Shown here piece after piece: positions 17,996-28,627 of a stretch of DNA of 56,604 nt. Below the pieces are notes generated by a model. The model was not told where the DNA came from. It ran no database searches and saw only the letters and a program-made list of their open reading frames with translations. A program made the position numbers and the translations under genes. Positions within the stretch are counted from its first letter, which is position 1; the number at the start of each line of letters is the position of its first letter. This stretch comes from Planctomycetaceae bacterium. Its GTDB lineage: Bacteria > Planctomycetota > Phycisphaerae > Phycisphaerales > SM1A02. The DNA is taken from NCBI GenBank assembly GCA_947480055.1, contig CANKBX010000001.1, positions 1 to 56,604 on the forward strand, in the 5' to 3' direction.

Positions 17996-20838
17996 CTTGT
18001 TGAAGGCATGGATCGAGTCACGCTTGAAGTTTTATAACACTCAAGCACATCGCCGGTCTTGATGTCGTTGTAGCCAACGATCTTCATGCCGCATTCCATG
18101 CCGGCGCGAACTTCCTTGGCGTCGTCCTTGACCCGCTTCAGTTGCTCAAGTCGACGGTCCTTCTCAATGACAATGCCGTCGCGCGTGACGCGGATTTGCG
18201 CGTTGCGCTCCACCACTCCATCGGTGACGTAGCAACCAGCGATCATGCCAACCTTGGAAATCTTGAACACCTCGCGCACTTCGGCGTGGCCCAACACTTC
18301 CAATTTGATTTCCGGCGTCAATAAGCCACTGGCGGCTTGCGTGACATCGTCCACCAGCTCATAAATCACTTCATACAGCCGAATTTCAACGTTTTTGCGT
18401 TCCGCCAACGCGCGCGCCTTGCTGCTACTGGTGACATTGAAACCAAGAATAATGGAGCCCGTGGCCTCCGCCAAAGAGACATCGCTTTCATTGATGCCGC
18501 CCACAGCGGAGTGTCGAACATTCACCGCGACCTCGTCGGTCTTGATCTTGCCCAGAACAGTGCGCAACGTTTCCATGCTGCCTTGCACATCGGCCTTCAC
18601 AAGAAGACCAAGTTCCTTCACTTGCTCCTTACCCATGTGCTCAAAGATGTTGTCAAGCGTGATCTTTGGCGCCGCAAGTTCGCGTTCGCGCTCAATGCGA
18701 CGTCGCTCATGCGCGGCGTCCTCCGCGTCGGGCAAACTTTTCACGCAGAAGAATTTGTCGCCCGCGTCGGGCATCATGTCAATGCCGCTGATGGCGACCG
18801 GCGTGCTTGGCCCCGCAGAGTCAACGCGCTGTCCCTTATCGTTGACAAGATCACGCACGCGACCAAAGGCACGGCCAATCACAACAAAGTCGCTGCGATT
18901 TAAAGTTCCTTCTTGCACGATCAAGCGCGCCACGGCGCCACGGCCTTCCACAAGCTGCGCCTCAAGCACGGTGCCTTGCGCCAAACCCTTGTAATCCGCC
19001 TTCAAACCAAGCAATTGCGCCTGATAATCCAGCACATCCAGCAACTCTTGAATGCCCGTGTTCTTGGCCGCGCTTGTCTTGATGACTTCAGTTGAACCGC
19101 CCCACTCCACCGGATTCAATCCGTGTTCGGCGAGCTGTCCATTAATGCGCTGGATGTTTTTCTCCGTGGCTTCTGGTTTGTCAATCTTATTCAGCGCCAC
19201 AACAATCGGAACACCCGCGGCCTTGGCGTGGTTGATGCTCTCAACGCTTTGCGGCATGACGCCGTCGTCCGCGGCAATGACCAACACAACAATGTCGGTG
19301 ACCTTGGCGCCGCGCGCGCGCATGTTGGTGAATGCCTCGTGGCCCGGCGTGTCAATAAATGTGATGACGCGATCTTCATCGCCGGCTTTGACCGGAGTTT
19401 GAAACGCGCTCGTTGCCTGCGTGATTCCGCCAGCCTCGCCCGCTGCGACATTGGCGTTGCGAATGCGGTCAAGCAAACTTGTCTTGCCGTGATCGACGTG
19501 GCCCATGATGGTGACCACGGGACTGCGCGGACGCTCATCGCTGCGCACGCGCTCCTTGAATCCAGCTTCAATAATTTCTGCGGCGCTGCGGGCCTCCTCA
19601 ATCACCAACTCAATGTCAAACTCAAGCATGGTTTCAAGCGCTTGATCGGATGTGATCACACTGTTGATTGTGGCTGTTGTGCCCTTCATAAACAGCTTTT
19701 TTAGAATGTCGCCAGCCTTGACACCAGTGACGGATGAGAGCTCCTTGATGTTGATGGGCTCGGAAATTTTCACAACGCCAGTGACCGGTCCTTGTTGGCG
19801 AGTAGGTTGCTGAAACGAAGTTTTTTTGTTTGTCGTGACCGTGCGGTTCTTGCGGAAGAAACCCGTGGACGACATGCGGTCTTCGCGCTCCTTGATGTCC
19901 TGCTTGCTGCGCTCGCTGGCCGGAGATTCTCCACCAGTTCGGCCACGCGTATCGGTCGCGCTGACGCGACGTTTGTTTCGATCAGGCGCGCGCGCGGACG
20001 CGCCAGTTGGAGCGCCGCTGGCTGGAGCGCCAGAGCCACCACTGACACCAGCGCCACCACCACCAAATCGCGGACCAGGACGAAAAGTTCCTTGACCAGC
20101 GCCCGGAGTAAATCGTGGCCGCGGCGCGGGAATCACATCGGGAGTTTCCACTCGAATCACACGCGGACCTGACAGACTTGTCTTTATTGGTTGCTGCAAC
20201 ATTGGTCCAACGGGTCGCACATCTGTGGGACGCGTTGGAACATTGGCTTGCGCTGGCGGTCCTGGCCTGAGGAAAGTTTTTGGTGGCGCGACTGGCGCAA
20301 TTGAGGGCGACGCATCTGTTGGATGGGCTTGCTTTACGGCGTGTGCCTTTGGCGCGTCTTGGGTTGGAGAAACTTGAACTTGATCGCCTTCATCAGCCTC
20401 AGGCGACTTTGAAATTGCGCCTTTTTTGGCTGGTTTAGCCTCAGTTTCAACGGCGCCGTGATCAACAACAGCGGTCGACTCTGCCGCAACTTTGGGCGCG
20501 GCTTTGCGCACAACAGGCACTGGCTTGGGTGCGGTTGGCCGAGCCGCCAATTTCTTGGCGCTCACTTTTTTCGCGGGCTCATCACCCTCGGCTTGATCAA
20601 CCTCGCTCGACTTGCCAGCTGTGGTCTTGCTTGCAACGACCTGCGTAGGCGCGTCCTCAACCGCCACGCCGCCACCGAACCACTCACGAATAGTCAGCGC
20701 CAATCCCATCGAGATGGTGGATTGCGGTTGCTTGACATCTGGAATGCCCTCAGTTTCACAACGAGCAATAATGTCCTTGGTTGCAACTCCAAGGTCTTTC
20801 GCCAACTGTGAGACGCGGACTTTCGTGATTTTGGACAA
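17992..20838 (-). CDS. infB: Translation initiation factor IF-2
   Basis: '[17 protein letters not shown]', 'GEAGGITQ', 'DTPGHEAF', 'NKID', 'KADVQGS', 'GMECG'. Confidence 0.98.
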   Translation of the reverse strand: MSKITKVRVSQLAKDLGVATKDIIARCETEGIPDVKQPQSTISMGLALTIREWFGGGVAVEDAPTQVVASKTTAGKSSEVDQAEGDEPAKKVSAKKLAARPTAPKPVPVVRKAAPKVAAESTAVVDHGAVETEAKPAKKGAISKSPEADEGDQVQVSPTQDAPKAHAVKQAHPTDASPSIAPVAPPKTFLRPGPPAQANVPTRPTDVRPVGPMLQQPIKTSLSGPRVIRVETPDVIPAPRPRFTPGAGQGTFRPGPRFGGGGAGVSGGSGAPASGAPTGASARAPDRNKRRVSATDTRGRTGGESPASERSKQDIKEREDRMSSTGFFRKNRTVTTNKKTSFQQPTRQQGPVTGVVKISEPINIKELSSVTGVKAGDILKKLFMKGTTATINSVITSDQALETMLEFDIELVIEEARSAAEIIEAGFKERVRSDERPRSPVVTIMGHVDHGKTSLLDRIRNANVAAGEAGGITQATSAFQTPVKAGDEDRVITFIDTPGHEAFTNMRARGAKVTDIVVLVIAADDGVMPQSVESINHAKAAGVPIVVALNKIDKPEATEKNIQRINGQLAEHGLNPVEWGGSTEVIKTSAAKNTGIQELLDVLDYQAQLLGLKADYKGLAQGTVLEAQLVEGRGAVARLIVQEGTLNRSDFVVIGRAFGRVRDLVNDKGQRVDSAGPSTPVAISGIDMMPDAGDKFFCVKSLPDAEDAAHERRRIERERELAAPKITLDNIFEHMGKEQVKELGLLVKADVQGSMETLRTVLGKIKTDEVAVNVRHSAVGGINESDVSLAEATGSIILGFNVTSSSKARALAERKNVEIRLYEVIYELVDDVTQAASGLLTPEIKLEVLGHAEVREVFKISKVGMIAGCYVTDGVVERNAQIRVTRDGIVIEKDRRLEQLKRVKDDAKEVRAGMECGMKIVGYNDIKTGDVLECYKTSSVTRSMPSTR

Positions 20839-20905
20839 TGTGTTTCCTTTGTTGATTCAATTCAAATAAACGAGTTCAAATAATGTTCATCACTTCAACG
20901 CTGCA

Positions 20906-22219
20906 TCAATGTTTGCCACCGAGAATGTCGTCGGCCGCGGCTTCCGCGGATTGATCCACTTCAACCGCCGGCGCGGAGCCCAACAGCACATCCGCCGCCG
21001 CGCCTTCTTCCGCCGCCAATTGCTCGGCCGCGGTCTTCTCTTGCTCTTGTTGCTCGGCGACAATCTTGGCCTTGTCAATACATGTGGTCACGATCAAGTC
21101 GGCCAACTCCGGAGCGATGCCAAGATTTGTCTCCAGAATTTCTGGACCAACTTCCTCCACATCAAACACGCTGATCAAACCAAGCGCGCCCAATTTGTCC
21201 AGCATTTCATCGGTGATTCCTTCAATTGGACGAACCGTCTCCTCCAAAATGGCGAGGCCCTTTTGGAACTCTGGTGGCGTGAGAATGTCCACGTCCCAAC
21301 CGGTCAAGCGCGCGGCAAGGCGCACGTTTTGTCCGCGTCGACCAATGGCAAGACTCAATTGATCGTCGCGCACAATAATGGTGGCGCGGCCAAGTTCAAA
21401 GCACAAAGTCACTTCCTCTACTTCGGCTGGCTTGAGCGCGTTTGAAATCAGAACCTGGCTGGATTCATTCCAACGCACAATGTCAATCTTCTCGCCGCCG
21501 AGCTCGTCAACAATATTGCGAATGCGGCTGCCACGAACACCAACGCATGCGCCAACGGCATCCACTTTGCTGTCCACGCTGGAAACCGCCAACTTGGTTC
21601 GGAAGCCCGCTTCACGCGACATGGCTTTGATGTCGATCACGCGCTCGGCAACCTCTGGAACTTCGGCCTCGAACAAACGACGAATGAAATCTGGATGCGC
21701 GCGGCTCAGAACAATCTTCACTTGATGGCCAGCGTCACGCACATCAAGAATGAGGCAGCGAACGCGGTCGCCTGGCTGAAATTGCTCGCCTGGAATTTGC
21801 TCGCTGCGCGGCATGAACCCTTCGGCGCGGTCAATTTGCACAACCAATGAACCGCCCTCGTACATTTGCGCGGTGCCTGTGACCAACTCGCCTTGGCGCT
21901 TGGAAAATTCCTCCAAAAGACTGTTGCGCTCCTCTTCACGGAACTTCTGAATCATCACTTGCTTGGCTGTTTGCGCGGGAATACGACCCAATGACGACAG
22001 TGGAATTTCCTCCTGCGCGCCCTCATCTAGATTGCGCCAAATGCGCATGCCGCCATTAAGGCGATCGATCTCGCAACCAAACTCCTCAAGATTTTCGCTG
22101 TTGAAATGCTTGCGCGCGGCGCTGACCATGGCTTGCTCAAGATCCATGAGCAAAATCTCACGGTCAATGTTGCGGTCGCGGGCGATGGAATCAAGAATGC
22201 GGAGTGTTTCACTATTCAT
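20906..22219 (-). CDS. nusA: Transcription termination/antitermination factor NusA
   Basis: 'GRIPAQTAKQV', S1 domain, 'REAGFRTK', 'VGACVGVRGSRI', 'LSLAIGRRGQNVRLA'. Confidence 0.98.
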   Translation of the reverse strand: MNSETLRILDSIARDRNIDREILLMDLEQAMVSAARKHFNSENLEEFGCEIDRLNGGMRIWRNLDEGAQEEIPLSSLGRIPAQTAKQVMIQKFREEERNSLLEEFSKRQGELVTGTAQMYEGGSLVVQIDRAEGFMPRSEQIPGEQFQPGDRVRCLILDVRDAGHQVKIVLSRAHPDFIRRLFEAEVPEVAERVIDIKAMSREAGFRTKLAVSSVDSKVDAVGACVGVRGSRIRNIVDELGGEKIDIVRWNESSQVLISNALKPAEVEEVTLCFELGRATIIVRDDQLSLAIGRRGQNVRLAARLTGWDVDILTPPEFQKGLAILEETVRPIEGITDEMLDKLGALGLISVFDVEEVGPEILETNLGIAPELADLIVTTCIDKAKIVAEQQEQEKTAAEQLAAEEGAAADVLLGSAPAVEVDQSAEAAADDILGGKH

Positions 22220-22290
22220 TTGGATGTCTCTTCTGTTTTTGAGTTACGAAAAATAAGATTTGAGTTACGCGGGGCACACAGTGTCGCCGT

Positions 22291-22337
22291 AAAAAAAAAC
22301 GCGGGTCACGCTCGGTACGGCACCGCGGCGTGACCCG
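22291..22337 (-). terminator. Intrinsic terminator/attenuator upstream of nusA
   Basis: 10-bp stem cgggtcacgc (22302-22311) / gcgtgacccg (22328-22337) followed by U9 (A9 at 22291-22299 on the + strand). Confidence 0.85.
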
Positions 22338-22572
22338 TCCAATGACTGTCCATGGTGGACAATCAAGGCTTGCTCGGGGGGACCTTTACAACGCGGTCTC
22401 CACGAATAAACCTTCAATCACGCTTGGCGACACGCCAAGGCGACACCAACTTCCAAGATGGACGCTCAAGTGCGTCATCGCAGGAAGGTGGTCGACGAAA
22501 CCATGTTGAGAAAATATGTAGTCATGGGATTCGATCGTGAAACGGACGGGTCCTATTCCAACAAGGAACGGG
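22291..22572 (-). ncRNA. Candidate structured leader or ncRNA upstream of nusA
   Basis: Bounded by a sigma70-like promoter and a terminator. Contains several hairpins and a 9-bp long-range pairing. Family unassigned. Confidence 0.5.
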
Positions 22573-22578
22573 TGCGTG

Positions 22579-22607
22579 ATTGTACATGAAATCCGCTGAA
22601 ATCTCAA
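22579..22607 (-). promoter_or_regulatory. Sigma70-type promoter for the nusA leader
   Basis: TTGAGA (22607-22602), 17-nt spacer, TACAAT (22584-22579) on the - strand. Confidence 0.75.
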
Positions 22608-22677
22608 GTGACTGAGGCGAACTTGTGGTCTAGAAATGGGTTAAAGTCGCTTCTTATAGAGTGCTAGGCTCGTTCAT

Positions 22678-24639
22678 ATGAAAGTGAAGAACTTGAATTT
22701 GTGTTGGATCATGGCCATGGCCGCGGCTTTGTCGGTCACGGTTGCTCACGGACAAATTTTGGGGTCTCAGCCTCAAATTGGAATCACTGGCAAATTCAAG
22801 GCGGCCACGACCGAGACTTTCGGTGACTCGCGCGACGCGGTAAGCGCCACCAGCGAAATTCCAAGCGGCGCGGCGCGCCCTGGTGCGTTGGTGCCGGTTG
22901 CCATCCGTGTGAAAGTGAAAAGTGGTTGGCACATGTGGCCCGTGGAATCCCAAGCGCGCTCCGTTGCGGATGCGGAGGTATTTGAGGGCGCGATTTTTTC
23001 CACGCTTGCGCTGCAAGGGTTGCCATTGCAATCCGACGCGACACGCGAGTCCAAGTTGAAATTGGTCGGCGCGCAATGGCCGCAACCAGTTGGCGCCGCA
23101 TTTGATTTTGGCGAAGGCAAGCAAACACTCGCCGTGTATGAAGGCCAGTTGCTGATCTTCGCCGCGATTCAAATTGGAGCGGGTGCGAAAAATGGTCCGC
23201 TGCCAATGACACTGCTATTGAATTTTCAATCCTGCAACAACACAAGTTGTCTGGCGCCAGCCGAAATTGAAATTCCAATAACGCTGCAAGTGGATTCCGC
23301 CGCCGCCGCGGTGGCGCCAAGTGGAGAATTTCAAAAGTTTGATCCGGCAAAATTAATCAGCGACGCCACGGAAATGAATATCCAAAGCGGTGTGCGGTTT
23401 GATTTTTTTGGCGCCTCTTTCAGCGTTGATCCCCAAGGCGCGGGATTCTTTCTATTGCTGTTGGTGGCGTTTGTAGGCGGCATGTTGTTGAACTTCACAC
23501 CCTGTGTTTTGCCTATAATTCCGCTTAAAATCATGTCGTTGAGCCAAAGCGCGGGCAATCGGGGCAAATGTTTTTCACTTGGCGTGGTGATGAGTTTGGG
23601 CGTAATTGGATTTTGGCTGGCGCTCGGCGCATTGGTGGGTGGCGCAAGTGGCTTCAGTGCGGCCAACCAACTTTTTCAATATCCCGCGTTCACCATCGGG
23701 ATTGGAATTTTTATCGCCATCATGGCCGTGGGCATGGCTGGGTTCTTCAGCGTGGGTCTGCCAGCATGGGTGTACGCGATTGAACCCAAGCACGATTCAT
23801 TCATTGGAACATTTGTATTTGGAATTATGACGGCGGTGTTGTCAACTCCTTGCACTGCTCCATTAATGGGCGCGGCGGCTGGCTGGGCGGCTTCAAGTGG
23901 CAACACTTCCACGGTGCTGATTGTGTTTGGAGCCATCGGCGCGGGAATGGCCACTCCATATTTATTTTTAAGCGCGTTTCCAAACTTGGTCGCACGCATG
24001 CCACGCACTGGCCCCGCCAGCGAGCTTGTAAAACAAGTCATGGGAATTTTATTATTAGCTGCGGCGATATTTTTTATTGGGGCGGGCGTAAATGGATTGC
24101 TGGAAACTCCCACGCACGCGCATTGGTGGTTGATTGGCGCCACGGGCTCAGCAGCTGGCTTGTGGTTGATTTGGCGCACTTTGCGAATCACCAAAAAAAC
24201 CATATTTAGGCTTCTTTTTAGTGTAATTTCAATTGCCGTGATCGCCCTAAGCGTGGGCGTGAGCATGGCGTTGGGTGGCGCTGGAAAAACCGAGTGGATT
24301 CCATTTTCAAGCGAGGCGGTGGCCGCGGCAAAATCAAAAAACAAAATCCTGGTTCTGGATTTCACCGCCGAATGGTGCCTGAATTGCAAAGCGCTTGAGA
24401 GCGCCGTGTTGGATTCAGTTGATGTGGCGACGGCTTTGGCGCAATCGGATGTGGCGGCCATCAAGGTGGACATCACAAGCCGCAAAAGCAACGGCTGGAA
24501 TTTACTTCACGACTATGATCGCGTGAGCATTCCGTTGCTGGTTGTGCAGGACGCCAAAGGCAAAGTAATTTTAAAGAGCGACGCATACACGCGCGCGCAA
24601 GTTGTTGAAGCAATTCAAAGCGCGCGCGCGGCCAAGTAG
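22678..24639 (+). CDS. dsbD: Thiol:disulfide interchange protein, DsbD/ScsB family
   Basis: Signal peptide; N-domain 'QSCNNTSC'; TM Cys motifs 'FTPCVLP' and 'STPCTAP'; thioredoxin 'DFTAEWCLNC'. Confidence 0.9.
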   Translation: MKVKNLNLCWIMAMAAALSVTVAHGQILGSQPQIGITGKFKAATTETFGDSRDAVSATSEIPSGAARPGALVPVAIRVKVKSGWHMWPVESQARSVADAEVFEGAIFSTLALQGLPLQSDATRESKLKLVGAQWPQPVGAAFDFGEGKQTLAVYEGQLLIFAAIQIGAGAKNGPLPMTLLLNFQSCNNTSCLAPAEIEIPITLQVDSAAAAVAPSGEFQKFDPAKLISDATEMNIQSGVRFDFFGASFSVDPQGAGFFLLLLVAFVGGMLLNFTPCVLPIIPLKIMSLSQSAGNRGKCFSLGVVMSLGVIGFWLALGALVGGASGFSAANQLFQYPAFTIGIGIFIAIMAVGMAGFFSVGLPAWVYAIEPKHDSFIGTFVFGIMTAVLSTPCTAPLMGAAAGWAASSGNTSTVLIVFGAIGAGMATPYLFLSAFPNLVARMPRTGPASELVKQVMGILLLAAAIFFIGAGVNGLLETPTHAHWWLIGATGSAAGLWLIWRTLRITKKTIFRLLFSVISIAVIALSVGVSMALGGAGKTEWIPFSSEAVAAAKSKNKILVLDFTAEWCLNCKALESAVLDSVDVATALAQSDVAAIKVDITSRKSNGWNLLHDYDRVSIPLLVVQDAKGKVILKSDAYTRAQVVEAIQSARAAK

Positions 24640-24661
24640 AACGCAACTTCGTTGGAAAAAT

Positions 24662-26887
24662 TTATTTTTCCGGCCAAGGCGGCCAAGTCGCCGCTAATTC
24701 TTCGGCCTCATGCCGATCGGCTGGCCGCAATTTTAAAAGCACATCAAAGCGCATTGAGTCATCCGATTCAATGGCGCGCCTTGCATACTCGCCGGTCCAA
24801 GGTTTGGATAATTTTGCGGACCAACGCGCTGCGCGTAACCACGCTCCTGCGCAACGCCGATCCAATTCCGTGACATCAAGCGCTCGGTTCATGGCGGAGG
24901 CGGCGTCAACTTCCGCGTGCGTTTGCATGGCAATGGACTCGCTTAATAATGAGGCAATTTGCCTTTGTTCAAAGGTATTTTGGTCCATTTCCTGACTGAG
25001 AACAATGGCCTCTTTTAGCAAATCTTGAGCTTGCTCGGCAGATGCGCAAAGCGCCGCCGCGCGCATCAATTGATCCACGGCGGCAAGCTTGGAACTGTCA
25101 AATGCGGCAGATCCGTTCTTTGACTCACGCAAGATGCGCGCGCACTCCATTCTGGCTTGCGCTCCAGGCTCGCCCTTTGCCAATGCAGTGGCGTCAACAA
25201 GTTTTTGCGCCGCAAGTTCCACGCGCGTTTCTTCTTGTGCGGCGATGTTGGCGAACCTGAAACACGTGAGCGAAAATAAAATCGCGGCCACGGCGGTGAA
25301 CCATTGCATGCCGCCTTCAAACCAACGGCGCGGCGAAGGCGAGCATCGGGGTACGCTTGCAGCCAATAAGGCGCAGCCCCAAATCATGGATCCCGGATTC
25401 CACAAAGTCATTTCAATTTGTCCATCAATCCAAAGGGTCAAAGCGGCCGCCCCCAAAATAGTCGGAGCAGCGCAAGTCCAACGCGTGATGTTTGCGCACA
25501 TCCACCATGCAAAAGTTCCTGCCGCCACCACGCCAATCAAGCGCGCCAAAAGCGAAACAAGATCAAGCGAGTTGGCCTCAAAGCGAATGGCCAACGAAGC
25601 GGCCAGAATCACCGCAAGCGTTGCAACTTGGCGCGGAAATTGAATATCACCCTCGGCGGAGTTTTCATTGCGTTGATTGCTGGCTTGAACCGAGATAAAA
25701 ATAAGCGCAATCACAGCCAAAATCATTGGAATTCCAGCGATTCCGATTTGCGCCAACCAGTCAAAGAACACCGAGTGCGCGCTTTGCACGGCGTCCACCG
25801 CGTCGACTGGTCGAAACCTAAGAAAGGCGTCTTGAAATCCATCGATGCCACTGCCCGTCCAAGGTTGGTTTAGAAAAATGCGCCATGCGCCAGAGATGTA
25901 GTGACTGCGAAACAACAAACTTCGCTCTTGGCCAAATGCCTGCGAATTAAAAAGCGCGCGCAGTGGTCCGGCGAAACAACACAGCAGCAACAAGGCGACT
26001 GCGCCCATCGCCAATATGTTGGGCGCGACGCGAACCCGCCGCGTGATCACAAGAAACGCAAGCCCAAGCAACATGGCGACAATCGCGCCCTTGGAACCAT
26101 TGGCAAGCGGAATTGCCGCGCACAACAACGCGGCGATGAAAGCGATGATTCGATTGCGACCTGCCAGGCGCACGCCAATGGCAACGCACGCCACGGTGAT
26201 GGATGCGAAGAGACCCGCGAAGATATTCGCCATGCCAAACCAACCCGACATTTCCCGCTGCGAAAGTCGCCGCGCATAGGCGGCCGCTTGCGGACCATCG
26301 GCGTCCCAACCATGGTCTGCGAAATAAGCGGTGTCGCGTCCAGATGAATGGAAAAATTCCAACACCGCCGGTTGCTCCACAAACCACTGCCACGCGCCGC
26401 GCATCCACCACGCTCCCGCCACCGCAATCAAGCAGGTCACCAGCACGATCCAGCCTATTTTTGCCGTGTTTTTGGGTGATCGAGCCATTGACAGCGCCGC
26501 CGCGGCCGCGACAAATCCTGCGATCCATGTAGCGCCCCGCCACGGCGTTCCCGCCGCGCCAACGCCGTGTATTTGAAAAATAGAAACGCAAGCCGCTCCC
26601 GCAACGAGCAACAAAACCAATCCCCACAGCGATGCGCACTCGGCAAAAATAAACGCGGCGCTTATTGAAATCACCGCGTCGATGTACAAACTTCCGGCGG
26701 GCCCAAGACCGGCGAATGGCGCGGGATCAAATACTGGATCAACATCAAATCGAAGCACTGGCGCCCACGCCACCAATGTTCGCAGAGCAATGGCGCCACC
26801 AAGTATCGCCGCGAACACCGCCAGTGTCGGACGTTTCGTTGACGCAAGTTTGCTTCCATCATGACTCGCATGAGGAAGAAAAGTCAT
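24662..26887 (-). CDS. O-antigen ligase (Wzy_C) family membrane protein
   Basis: Polytopic; 'GSKGA', 'SLLFR..Y..GA..IF..QPWTGSG..GF', 'AHSVFFDWL...G'; coupled to the WecA-like gene. Confidence 0.8.
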   Translation of the reverse strand: MTFLPHASHDGSKLASTKRPTLAVFAAILGGAIALRTLVAWAPVLRFDVDPVFDPAPFAGLGPAGSLYIDAVISISAAFIFAECASLWGLVLLLVAGAACVSIFQIHGVGAAGTPWRGATWIAGFVAAAAALSMARSPKNTAKIGWIVLVTCLIAVAGAWWMRGAWQWFVEQPAVLEFFHSSGRDTAYFADHGWDADGPQAAAYARRLSQREMSGWFGMANIFAGLFASITVACVAIGVRLAGRNRIIAFIAALLCAAIPLANGSKGAIVAMLLGLAFLVITRRVRVAPNILAMGAVALLLLCCFAGPLRALFNSQAFGQERSLLFRSHYISGAWRIFLNQPWTGSGIDGFQDAFLRFRPVDAVDAVQSAHSVFFDWLAQIGIAGIPMILAVIALIFISVQASNQRNENSAEGDIQFPRQVATLAVILAASLAIRFEANSLDLVSLLARLIGVVAAGTFAWWMCANITRWTCAAPTILGAAALTLWIDGQIEMTLWNPGSMIWGCALLAASVPRCSPSPRRWFEGGMQWFTAVAAILFSLTCFRFANIAAQEETRVELAAQKLVDATALAKGEPGAQARMECARILRESKNGSAAFDSSKLAAVDQLMRAAALCASAEQAQDLLKEAIVLSQEMDQNTFEQRQIASLLSESIAMQTHAEVDAASAMNRALDVTELDRRCAGAWLRAARWSAKLSKPWTGEYARRAIESDDSMRFDVLLKLRPADRHEAEELAATWPPWPEK

Positions 26888-28014
26888 CGACTAAAAATTC
26901 CTTCCATGAAGCCAAGCAACAACAGCGCGGCGATGGTTTGCAGAACCACCAGAACTGCGGGAAATGGCGTGAGATTTCCAATGACAATTCCGCCCATTCC
27001 AATGATGGCCGCCAACGCCCAAATAATCAGCACCGCTCCGCGCTTGCTGAACCCGCGCTGCACAAGCCTGTGCGAAAGATGTCTTTGATCCCCAACCCAC
27101 GGACTACTTCCTTGACGGATGCGAATCAGGCTGGTGGCGATCATGTCGTAAATCGGAATCGCCAAAATAATCAACGGAGCGAGAATGCCCCACCAATTCG
27201 TGCCAAGTGCATATCCCGGCTCGCCTGGATTAATGAACGTGGTTCGCATCGCCAACACCGCCAATAGAAATCCGATCGGTTGGCTTCCTCCATCGCCAAG
27301 AAAAATCTTGGCGCCATTCTTGGGCGCAAAATTAAAAAGTAGAAATCCCGCGAGTGAGCCAGCCAAAAGCGAGAACATGCCGGCGATGAACCACTGTTGA
27401 ACTATGAACGCCCCTATGGCGAACAACAACGACGCGATCATGGCGACGCCCGCGGCCAATCCATCCATGTTGTCCAGGAAATTGATGGCGTTGATCATGG
27501 CCACAATCCAAATCACGCCAATGAACACGCTCAACGCTTGACCCTCTGATCCAAAGTGATCCAGAAACGTGAGCAAACGCACATCAAAGCCCCAGACAAT
27601 CACGGTGGCTGGAATAAATTGCAGCAGAAGTTTAGTGGACGCGCGCAATGGTTTGCGGTCATCCCACATGCCCGCCAAGAGCAACCACACCGCGCCCGCA
27701 AGCAATGCAATTGTTGGCCGAAAGCCTTGGTCAATTCGGCTTTGGAAAAAATCCAAGCCATAATGTTTCGTGGGATCAATGTTGGGGGTATTTCTCATGC
27801 TGATAAAAATCAACCCAGCCACCACCGGCAAAATGAAAGCGCTGATGACCGCGACCCCGCCAACATTGGGAACTGGCCGCAATTCCTTCACATGCCCCTC
27901 GGCGCCCGCGGAATCAAGCGTCTTGTATCGGTTGCCAAACGCGATGGCCATGGCGGTGAAAATAATCGAGAGCATCCAACCGACAAAGAAATATGTGGGC
28001 GAAAGTAATTGCAT
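26884..28014 (-). CDS. Undecaprenyl-phosphate GlcNAc-1-P transferase (MraY/WecA/TagO family)
   Basis: 'PNVGGVA', 'GMWDD', 'NAINFLDNMDGL', 'IFLGDGGS', 'D.RHLSHRL'. Confidence 0.9.
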   Translation of the reverse strand: MQLLSPTYFFVGWMLSIIFTAMAIAFGNRYKTLDSAGAEGHVKELRPVPNVGGVAVISAFILPVVAGLIFISMRNTPNIDPTKHYGLDFFQSRIDQGFRPTIALLAGAVWLLLAGMWDDRKPLRASTKLLLQFIPATVIVWGFDVRLLTFLDHFGSEGQALSVFIGVIWIVAMINAINFLDNMDGLAAGVAMIASLLFAIGAFIVQQWFIAGMFSLLAGSLAGFLLFNFAPKNGAKIFLGDGGSQPIGFLLAVLAMRTTFINPGEPGYALGTNWWGILAPLIILAIPIYDMIATSLIRIRQGSSPWVGDQRHLSHRLVQRGFSKRGAVLIIWALAAIIGMGGIVIGNLTPFPAVLVVLQTIAALLLLGFMEGIFSR

Positions 28015-28039
28015 GTGAGTAATCTAGCCAAAGATCGCC

Positions 28040-28627
28040 ATGAGAAATATCACCGTCTATTGTTCAAGTAGCGTAAGTCTGGACACCAAATTTATGGACG
28101 CCGCGCGTCTGCTTGGCCAAGAGATGGCGCGGCGAAAAATGGCGTTGGTGTACGGCGGCGGAAGCATTGGTTTAATGGGGGAAATTGCGCGAACCATGAA
28201 GAGCGCTGGCGGAAAAGTGGTGGGCGTGATCACCAAAAGATTGTTGGACTTGGAGCAAGGCTACGACCAGTGCGACGAACTGATCGTGGTGGACACCATG
28301 GCTCAGCGCAAAACATTGATGGCGCAACGTGGCGACGCGTTCATTGCGTTGCCCGGTGGTCTAGGAACATTCGAGGAACTTTTCGAGGTGTTGGTGCAAC
28401 GCCAAGTGGGCGAGCATCGCAAGCCAATCGGACTTGTGAATTTGGCGGGCTATTACAACCCGCTGGTGAGCTTGATCGACCACGGCATCGAACATCGTTT
28501 CATCAAACCCGCGGTGCATCATCTATTACATGTGCATGAGGACCCCATCAATGTGTTGGATGGCGTGCTCAGCGCCGAGCCATTTGAAATTGATCCCGAT
28601 CGATTTCTACCGATGGGAAGCGGATGA
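28040..28627 (+). CDS. LOG family nucleotide 5'-monophosphate phosphoribohydrolase (TIGR00730-type)
   Basis: 'LVYGGGSIGLMG', 'TMAQRK', 'LPGGLGTFEE', 'HRKPIGL'. Confidence 0.93.
   Translation: MRNITVYCSSSVSLDTKFMDAARLLGQEMARRKMALVYGGGSIGLMGEIARTMKSAGGKVVGVITKRLLDLEQGYDQCDELIVVDTMAQRKTLMAQRGDAFIALPGGLGTFEELFEVLVQRQVGEHRKPIGLVNLAGYYNPLVSLIDHGIEHRFIKPAVHHLLHVHEDPINVLDGVLSAEPFEIDPDRFLPMGSG

Noticed and set aside
22340..22607. tRNA, tmRNA, RNase P or SRP RNA, or 62/73-aa ORFs, in the nusA upstream region
   Set aside because: No T-loop/acceptor stem, GAGGAAAGUCC or SRP tetraloop motif. The 73-aa ORF begins in the -35 box, and neither ORF resembles RimP.
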